DNA of 64,000 bases, the filler included, from Sanchytrium tribonematis (Eukaryota), in the NCBI GenBank assembly GCA_018985235.1. It is 5 parts of 5 records of this genome, joined end to end, with 100 filler letters (N's around TTAATTAATTAA, not from the genome) between each part and the next. Parts side by side here need not be neighbours in the genome. Positions count along the whole stretch, not along the records: positions 52,005 to 64,000 come from JADGIG010000233.1; 4 more parts are not named here. The stretch is one strand, 5' to 3'. Under the pieces are notes generated by a model. That model ran no database searches and had not been told where the DNA came from. It saw nothing but the letters and a program-made list of their open reading frames with translations. The position numbers were made by a program, and so were the translations under genes. Below, piece by piece: positions 55,315-64,000 of this stretch (positions are counted from its first letter, which is position 1; every line of letters begins with the position of its first letter).

Positions 55315-58275
55315 TACTATCGCGGAATATGCTTACAAATGTGTTATAAATTATGAGTACGACCATTAGGGGATGTCATTTGAGAATTGGCAAAACGGGT
55401 TTGTGAAGCTTGCAGTTACAATGGGAATTCCAGAGGACTGCTACTTTCGAGAGTTGATGAAGGGACTAAATCAAGAGTATAAGATGTACGCGATGTCGGT
55501 TTTTACAGATGTCACGCATAAGGAGTTTGTGAGAATGTTATCTGAAAGATACACATTTTAAAGACGATGAATTTTACCGTCTAAAACAGGGTAAAAATGA
55601 GTCTGTGACAGATTATGCAGATAAAATCTTCAGAATGGGAAATGTAGCAAATGTAAAACTGAAAAACGTCATTCGACACTTTAAATCATCATTGGCAATA
55701 TTGCCGTTCATTTGATTGCATGCGACTTTAGGTCTTGGAATAAAGGTTGGAAATGGAGAATCGATTTGGAAGTTTAAAGAACGTTGTTGAAAGACCGAGT
55801 GGTCGATTTTGTCAAATGTGTAAATCGAATGATCATTCTACGTGATTCTGCCTAATTAAGCCTTTGGTATGTTCATTCTGTGATGGAGTTTGTCATAAAG
55901 AGAAAGATTGTTTTAAGAAGAAAGGACAGATTGGTGAGGAGTTAGCCGCCAATAATGTGCAAATGGAAGAAGTAAATATGAATTTTTCATATTTGACTCT
56001 TTTTCTTAACACTTTGTCTTTCAAATGTTTGGTTGACACCGGCGCAAACTGTTCAATTATTAGTAGAAAAGACATAATCAAATTGAATGCAAAAATTGAG
56101 AAATGTGCTGGAAAAGTGAAGATGGGGACAAATTTCTACCATTTAATTGGTTTCACTTGATTTAAAGTTGAAAAAAGGGTGCCAGATTACGCCAAAAACC
56201 GTATTCTGATTCGTTTCCCGAGAGGTTTTATTGGAAGAGATTTTACAGCCCAGCGTTTGTGTTGCATAAATATGGGAAATATAGGTTAGTGGCGGATTAA
56301 ACGAGATATTGGGAGCATCCGGCTATCCGTTACCTCGAATTGAGTGACAATGTCCACTGCTAAATTGACAGCATTTGTAACAACAGTAGCGTAGTATTTG
56401 CAATTAAGATTGGGTCAAGGTACCAAAGTCTCAGGAGGGATATTCCAGCATGTTACTTCAAATTTTAAACGCGGGATTGATAACATCCGTCAATACATTG
56501 ACGACCTCATTTTGTTTCATGACAATTTGACAGAGCACTTGAAAGATGTATAAATGCTAGTGAGCATCGCTACGGAATACAATATAAACCCAAAAATCGC
56601 AAAATCTCAAATGTATTATCATGAAGTGAAGTTATGACACAAGGAGATTTGGATTTGCATAACGCATAATCTAAAAATTCAAAAATGCAAACAAAAAATG
56701 GATATTACTATTGAAAATGATGATTGCAAGGAATTGGAAGAGTAAGATAAAGAACTGAGTGAGTACGGAAGCCGATTTAATGCACAAAGAAAGTCATCCA
56801 ACAACAATGATTTCCAATCAAGGGAATTAAATCGTATTTTTGTTAAGAAGGTGTACCCATATAGTGAATTGAATAGAGAAATTGAGGATCTTTCCGAATT
56901 ACAAAGCGCTTTAATTGGATCTACAAATTGCTTTATCTAAATTCACATGAAAGGAATTGAAAGTGAAATGAAAAATTGAAAAAGATGATCAAAGCGCAAA
57001 AAAAGGGGAAAACGTATTGATGACTCAGAATTACGTCGGTAAGAAGATCAGTCAATCGAATTTTTGCAAAAAAATGATTTTAAAACATTTGGATTCATTT
57101 ATCAGAGAAGATATCTGGAAATTATTGTACCTAAAAAGTACAATTAGTTCATGAAATCAGGATTTCTCACAATGAAAGATAATTCACGATTTAAGTCTAT
57201 TTTGGGTGATGCAATTTTGTACAATGAGATGCCCAGTTATAAGAAAAAAGGAATACAAGCGACTTGAAGAATTGATCATTGATAGTGGTGGTCATCATTT
57301 CATTCAAACTTGTCAAAAATACTTCAATTTTCATGTCAAATTTTACTGCAAATTAATTAAGGGCATTATGGGATACAATGATTCGCAGTATGAAATGGCA
57401 GAAAAGAAATGGAAGGATGAAATTATTTCAAGAATCAAAAGTCAAACCAAATTGGATGCCGATGGCATTATTTACACTGATGATGAGGAAGAAAAGGTGC
57501 CCATGCACAAAATTCCAGTCCCAACGCCAAAAATGACTGAAGAAAGTCATGAAGAAATAGCATTATCAAAAATAGATGTAGAACAGACAAAATATCAAAT
57601 CACACCCAAGCAGCAAGTGGTTGACTCAAAAGACACCAATTATTGATTGAGGAAGACCCAATAAATGACCAAACGGAACCCAAATTTAAATTGGTTGTCA
57701 ATGGGGAAGAAACGTTGCAGTCTATTACATCAGAATCAACAATTGAGAAAATCGCACCCATACTTGGAAAGCATTCATGAAGATTTACAACTTGAAACTG
57801 GTTGTCAATTCTCAAAACACCATCGAAACCAATTCAACCTTGTTTTTAGTGTCACAGCACTTTAAATGTAGCAAAGTGTACTTCAGTGTGAACTGATAGA
57901 CATATGATTTGACGATACCAACTGGATTTAGAGTGCCATTGGGAATTACAAACAACTTGACAGAATCCAATATCATTATCAATGGCTCAGCAAGGAACTC
58001 TTCCACTCCAACCCCAAAAGTCATTTCGAGAATTGAAATCAATGGTGATGAAGCAATAAATGCTTTCATTTCTTATTTGCGTAGCTCGGGAATATTTGAT
58101 GATGTTTACTTCAAATGTAGTATATTTACAAATTAATCAACAGATTTATGCATAAGATGAGTCAATGTCTGATCATGTTACTTTATTTGTGCATAAGTAT
58201 GAATATTTTAAGCATCTATGACATAAAAGTTAATTTTGCTAGAAATGTGTTTGATATTCGTGAGCCTATCAAGTA

Positions 58276-59362
58276 TCCTCTGTTACAGGGATTTGTCGCC
58301 AAATATTACAGATAAAATTTATTAATCAAGTCACCATTTAGCTGCAAACACTTCTGCAATTTAGTTTTAAATGATAGTGCAAGATTTTCCAGCATATCTA
58401 AGTCGTTTTCTTGAATGGATTCCCATAATTTCAATGTAATATTCTCCAAAGCGTCTTCATTGGGTGGAAAATCCAATTTTCCAAGCCTTCTTTTCATAAT
58501 CGCCCATAAATCTTCTATTGGGTTCAGATCAGGACTACAAGATGGCCAGTCAATTAGTACAATACCTTTTTGTTTAAACCAGTTACGGGTGTAACGAGCA
58601 TTATGACAAGGTGCATTGTCTTGCTGGAAAAAAGGTCTAAAAAGAGTCTTGGCAGCATTCCACTCTGGTAACAAATGATCTTGCATCATTTGGCAGTATG
58701 TGAATTGATTTAATTTGCCTCTAATAGTCGTTATTGGTCCTAGTCCGTAAAAACTAAAGCATCCCCAAAATTGAGTTCCATATCTGTCGCCTTGTTTTCT
58801 TCTAACGCGCATGTCATTTCGTTTATTGACTCCATAATAGAACTTTTGAGAGTCAAAATTCTGAAATTTAAATACAGATTCGTCCGAAAATATAATACAC
58901 TTTAGAAAATCTGGATCCTCAGAAATAATTTGTAGCATTCGGGTAGCAAAACATACACGCTGGTCTTTATGTTGCTGTGAAAATACAATGCCATACTCTC
59001 GTCGATGTTTATTCAAGTTGTTTTCCTTCATATATCGATTTAAAGTCTGGTAGCAAAATGGGAATCCCTGCTGTTGCAATTTATTACAGCGATCCCGAAG
59101 CGAGTCTTTTGGATACGTCTCAACATGCTGCTTAATTTTGAGGCCCCAATGAGCGTTTATTTGTCTTTTTGAGATGACGGGCTTCAATGGCAAATGTTGT
59201 TTTTGGCGATAACGTTCAATTCTCTTTTGCATACATTTGTAAGTGACCGCTTCAAGGTCAGCTAGATCTTTTATATTCATTCCGCCTTCCAGTAGCTTCA
59301 TTACATCGTCCATGTTCAATTTTGCCATTGTAACAATGGAGACAAATCCCTGTAACAGAGGA
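58276..59362 (-). mobile_element. Tc1/mariner (DD34E) DNA transposon, apparently intact, 1087 bp
   Basis: 26-bp TIRs TCCTCTGTTACAGGGATTTGTC(G/T)CCA; TA at 58274-58275 and 59363-59364. Confidence 0.93.
58306..59328 (-). CDS. Tc1-family transposase, 340 aa
   Basis: FSDES, QQDNAPCH, SPDLNPIE with 34 residues between D and E. The first ATG wholly inside the TIRs is at 59328 (the ORF-track start lies outside the element). Confidence 0.92.
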   Translation of the reverse strand: MAKLNMDDVMKLLEGGMNIKDLADLEAVTYKCMQKRIERYRQKQHLPLKPVISKRQINAHWGLKIKQHVETYPKDSLRDRCNKLQQQGFPFCYQTLNRYMKENNLNKHRREYGIVFSQQHKDQRVCFATRMLQIISEDPDFLKCIIFSDESVFKFQNFDSQKFYYGVNKRNDMRVRRKQGDRYGTQFWGCFSFYGLGPITTIRGKLNQFTYCQMMQDHLLPEWNAAKTLFRPFFQQDNAPCHNARYTRNWFKQKGIVLIDWPSCSPDLNPIEDLWAIMKRRLGKLDFPPNEDALENITLKLWESIQENDLDMLENLALSFKTKLQKCLQLNGDLINKFYL

Positions 59363-62300
59363 TATGTCCAGGATCTTGGAATTGAATTTGCTGCTCGTGA
59401 TATTTCCAATGGTAAATTGCATTTCCAAGGCGACCACTTGATTGGGGAGAAGAAATAGCCCCAGATCACAATGGGCAATTATTTTTCAAATTGGACCCTA
59501 GAGAGCCAAGCATTACTGCCTCAACTATCACAGAAGTACAGGAAATGCGCATATGTGGTTTGAATGTGAATGGAATTGCCCAAAACATCCAGGATATTCA
59601 AAATTATTGAGAATGTAAAGTTAGACACAATTTCCCAATTTCAGCCAATGTTAAGTACTTTAACAGCCAGATTCGGCTTATGAATGCGCAGTGTTTTATC
59701 ATCCACGTAAATTTACACAAAGAGAATCAAATGTTCATGGCACTGAGTGCCATATACTTGTCAAAATGAGATCAGTGAATATTCTCTATGGATATAAAAA
59801 GTCAAACTTGAATCCAATTCTATGGTTTGATGAATTAAGACCCCTCTTTTCTGGTAAAATCTTCTGCTTTGGGGATATAAACATAAATCTACTTCGCACA
59901 TTAACAACAAGAAAAATTGTATCCTTTGATCTGATGGCTAGTGAAGAATTGCTTAAATATGATGTGTATGATAATGAAAACCTCACTTATACATTCTATA
60001 AGACAGATACAAGTTACACTGTAACAGATGCATATCATATAGATTTATTTCATTTATCTGACCACAAGGCCATTGTTTTTGATCTGGCGCTGGATGATTC
60101 CGATGTTCTGATTTTCGAGAAAAGACCTCGCTAGAATGTCAAGCTACTAGAAAAAGAGGATAATCTATGCAGATATCAAAATGAAATGGACGTTGAGTGT
60201 ATTCGACGAATGCCAGACATGCAACAGGCTCTATTTGTCATGAATTACTCGAATTATACTTTTAACGAGAGAATTGATAATTGCAATGATATTGCTAATG
60301 ACCTCATAGCAATAATCAATAAATCCGCGAATGAAGGGTGCCCCAAAACTCGGAAATATCGTGAAATTAGCTCTGCCAAATTGGCATCTCTTCAAACTAG
60401 TAGATTGAGTAATAATGATAATTCTAATAGAATCCTTAACAAAGCAAGAAAATTAGCACTAAAGAAATACAAATCTAATATGAATAGCCTTGATCCACCA
60501 AATCATGAAAGCGATCAAATTGGCAGCACTCCGTAAGGGGATAAATTCAAAATATCTTGATAAACTGAAGATTGTTGATCATTTTACAAAATGGAATGGT
60601 AAATGGGACCTGAATGATCAGACTCACGGTAATTACTATCCAGACAGAATGGAGAATGTAGAATGGCTTCAAATGGAATATGAAATGTTTAACAATTTAT
60701 TAATGAAATCACCCAAATCCAAGAGTAGTGGTCCTGATAACATCATGAATGAGCTTTTACACAATGCCACTGAGAGATTAAAGCAGTTTCTGTGTCAATA
60801 TTTCAATGTAATTGGTAAAACTGGATTAATTCCTGATAATTTCCGATACAGCATTATTATCCCAGTTCACAAAGGAAAAGACACTGCTTATGATGATATC
60901 ATGGAATACAGGCCCATATCTTTATGTTCGATGCTTCGAAAAGCATTCGAATGCATGTGAAAACCCAAATTAATGGCATATTTAGAAACAACTCAAAACC
61001 AATTAACCAATTTGGATTCAAAGCAATGAACTCTACATTGGACGCCGCTTGATTCTTTGAGTCTAAACGGACATGGTGATGAGAATCCAAATGGATTCAA
61101 TTATGCAAGCGATTTTCTGACTCATTTTCACAGCCAATTTTTATTTCCACCTCTTGAATTGAAAATAAGCAAGATAGCAAAGAGACTCCGCAAGGAAAAA
61201 CCACGTGTGGATGTCTTCAGATTGAAATACTGGAAAGAAGCAGCTACTGAAAGATATGAGTTGTTGATGGACTTACACCAATTACATGATGTCTCCAAGA
61301 TCACATCCAGTGTTACCTAGAGTGACTGGCATTACGGGAGCTTCAAATTTCAATAAATAATTAAAAAAAAGAAAAGTGAAGTTTTGTGGTTTTAAATTAA
61401 TGAGGATGGATTCGGTGTAAATTCTGCATATCTAGTCGAAATCAAATCGTTAAAATCTCCATGTAACAGGAAACAAACCCAAAAATTGATTGGAATGTTG
61501 GTATGGATTCGTCAGTTTGTTCCCGCATTTGAAAATCACATGGAGCCGATTCGTAGCCCAATTGAATCCCCTGGCAACTTTAAATGGACGAGTGAGGCAG
61601 AGTTAGCATTGAGACGCATATTGGCTTTAGCAGAAAGCTCACGCCTTGTGAGTTATTCGTTGACGCTTCCAAAAAAGCAGTTGGCGGTGCTTTATTTCAA
61701 AATGGGAGTTTGTTTGGATAATTTAGCAAGAAACTGAATTCAACAATGTAAAACTGGGATAACTTTGAGAGAGAATTGTTTAGTATTAAAATTGAATTAG
61801 AGAAATATGGTAATTACATGGGTGTAAACCAAATTATCATCAAAACAGACAATGAAGCATGTGTGTATTCAAAACTAATTGTTATTGCAAAGTGTAGTCA
61901 GGTGTGGGAGAATTGCTCAGTATGTGGTTTATATTCTCATTTGAACTGTGTAGGAAATATCATTAGAAAATAATTATTCAAATGTATTTTGTCGTTGATT
62001 AGAACAGGCGAAATTGTGGTTAAAGGGGAGCAGCAGCAATTGCTTGCGCATGCTCATGTTTACCATCCCGGTCGCAATACGATGAAAATGTTGTTGAAGC
62101 ATAAGAAATGGCCAGGAAAAGACACTCAAATTGAAGAATTAGTGGATGCGTGTGGTATTTGCAAGCATAAATCAACACCAAAGATGGCCAAATTGTCATT
62201 CAGACAGCCTAGATATCTGAATGAATTCGTCGGAGTTGATTTGTTAGAAGTGCATGATTGGAAAATGAATATTGATACATCATGTTAATTAAAGAATATA

Positions 62301-62918
62301 TTACAGGCATGACTGTGCTTCATCCAATGGAAACCAAGGAACCACAGTATGCACTCGGTGGATTATTGCAATACGTCTCTAGTTTTGGATTAATGACAAA
62401 TTTGACATTGGATGGCGGTAATGAATTGAAACAATTTCTGTGAATAGATGAATATCAATACTAATAGTAAGATATCCCACGAAAATGGGTTTAGCGAGGC
62501 AGGAATTGCCTTGGAAAAATCAAGACTCAGAATGACTCGAATGGAATATCCGGAATTGCCAATTTCAAACTGTTGTACAAATGGCTGCCGTGTATATAAA
62601 TAATACTCAAAAATCAGCAACAGGATATAGCCCAGAGGCCTTGATGACACTCATAAAAGCTAATTTAATGAACAAAAAATGAACATTGCCAGACTGGTTA
62701 AAAGAGAACATGAATCAAATATAGGATTAAGAGATGTTAAACAGACCGTTGGAGATAGTTGTTGGTATTATAACCAGGTGTGAAATTGAAATTGGAAGAT
62801 ATTGCACAATTGGCTATATTTACGAGACTCACAAGAGATAAGCAATATGGGATCGAGCAGGGTTTTGGCGCACCAAGATTCATTAATTAAAATCTATGTG
62901 AAGCATTTTAAAGGGGAG

Positions 62919-63102
62919 TGTGATGGTCACAAAATAGATCACATGAATGTAAATCAGATGACAGTAACGCGTGACAGCAAATAGGGATGATTGGAGTAAT
63001 GATGATGTGCAATGGCACTATGGATGGTCAAATGACGTGACGGAAGTGTTTAAATAGCGAATTAATAAATATACTTACTTGGTTAAAAATGCAACCCCAA
63101 CA
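62919..63102 (+). repeat. 3' LTR (184 bp)
   Basis: Preceded by the polypurine tract; matches the 5' LTR with 8 substitutions and 3 small indels by manual alignment. Confidence 0.92.
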
Positions 63103-64000
63103 TAATGAACTTGTGACTTTTAAAAAATTCAAATTTTTTATCAATAAATCTCTCGCAGAATAAAATTGCCAATCATACCGGTGATAATATTGAAATCACG
63201 TTCTTTGTTATAATCATACCAATTTCATTAACTTGTCAATCATTTTCAGGCCACAACATCTGCTACAGCTAAACTAATATTTCAATTTGATTGTAGCTGT
63301 GCTGCTTTACATTTATTTTTTATATGAAACGAGGAGTTCTCAAAAATCTAGTAAATTTTTTTCATTTTTTTTTAAATTTTACTTATTTTTAACAAACTCT
63401 GTGATAATTTATGTTCAACATCTAATATCACCAAAATGGTTACAATTGTAGCACTCTTTCATCCAGAATTGGCTAAAAAACTTCTAAAAATAGTCTCAAA
63501 AACAGATTAACAAAATTACATAATAAATTCTTCAACTACCATTTTGCGCGTAACCATGTCAAATAGCCAAATCGCTAGTCTCAGAGCTCAATCAACAATT
63601 GAATCAACCATTGGCGTCCTTTCACGCAGCGAGTCATTTCAAATGGTCTATTTATTATCACAATTGCACAGTCTACAGCCATTAACTCTGACACAATTGC
63701 CGATATTCATATTTTACTAAAAATTACTTGTATTGTTGTGAGTTGCTCTCATATGTATCATTTAGCGGCATTTAACTCGAAAGACTCAAGAAATAATCGT
63801 GAAATACTCATTCCGAGATTCTGCAATCAACCTGAGAAGATCACCCCACATCACATCTTCAAGCATATTTCAAAATATGTCGAATTACTAAAACTCAAGG
63901 AATTCAAAGAATTGGAAACAAATCTGAAGGATATGATCCCAATCATTACCAATCAACCACATAAACTCCCCACAATTCTCATTTTAAATCCCAAACACTT

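Larger units (their letters stand above)
56634..61373 (+). mobile_element. Non-LTR retrotransposon (LINE; ORF1 remnants, APE endonuclease, partial RT) inserted in the gypsy RT
   Basis: TSD AAGTGAAGTT at 56624-56633 and 61374-61383, A-rich 3' tail. APE motifs GLNVNG, GDINI, SDHKAI; RT-N motifs SGPDNI, IIPVHKGK, YRPISL, QFGF. Confidence 0.8.
55130..63102 (+). mobile_element. Ty3/gypsy LTR retrotransposon (decayed), interrupted by a LINE
   Basis: Paired TG..CA LTRs, TSD TAATA/TAATG, PPT AAGGGGAG (62911-62918). Gag knuckle CSFC..H..C, protease VDTGA, RT YIDD, RNase H, integrase HHCC, in gypsy order. Confidence 0.9.

Noticed and set aside
55315..55335. tRNA primer-binding site after the 5' LTR
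   Set aside because: Sequence (TACTATCGCGG) lacks the expected TGG start; cannot be assigned.
52530..58289. Shared GTTACAG core in the piggyBac and Tc1 TIRs implying cross-mobilisation
   Set aside because: Only 7 nt, at different offsets, in unrelated transposase families; likely coincidence.
59329..59478. N-terminal 50 aa of the 390-aa transposase ORF in the track
   Set aside because: Extends through the TIR into flanking LINE sequence; fortuitous open frame.
1..64000. rRNA, tRNA, CRISPR arrays or prokaryotic operons
   Set aside because: None recognisable by eye; gene content and introns are eukaryotic. A covariance-model search would be needed to exclude small ncRNAs.

Overview
Eukaryotic, AT-rich and extremely compact sequence. 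The window is five contigs (pieces of ~12-12.9 kb, apparently sorted by decreasing length) joined by artificial N44-TTAATTAATTAA-N44 spacers, so neighbourhood across spacers is meaningless. Contigs 1-4 (1-51904) are gene-dense. They mix fungal-type genes (Cch1, CAP59-type mannosyltransferase, Afi1/MesA, Rua1_C, Neo1) with flagellar/centriolar genes (SPAG16/PF20, RSP3, POC5, CatSper-like) and genes absent from Dikarya (class I PI3K, FIBP). This suggests a zoosporic early-diverging fungus using the standard code (inference; sanchytrid-like lineages are one candidate). Contig 5 (52005-64000) is a nest of transposons: a piggyBac-like element abutting a LINE RT fragment, and a Tc1 inside a LINE inside a Ty3/gypsy element. 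Two stand-out observations. (1) A long ORF joins a cellular RdRP (DLDGD) to a Cid1/TUTase-family nucleotidyltransferase, and is preceded across a single frameshift by a Dicer/RIG-I-type helicase domain: a candidate one-polypeptide RNA-silencing amplification complex. (2) There is a system of ultra-short spliceosomal introns, mostly exactly 19 nt, with a fixed T-N-A-Y branch motif at -8..-5. All lie within ~120-380 nt of the stop codon, and many stop codons in the window are embedded in AATAAA.
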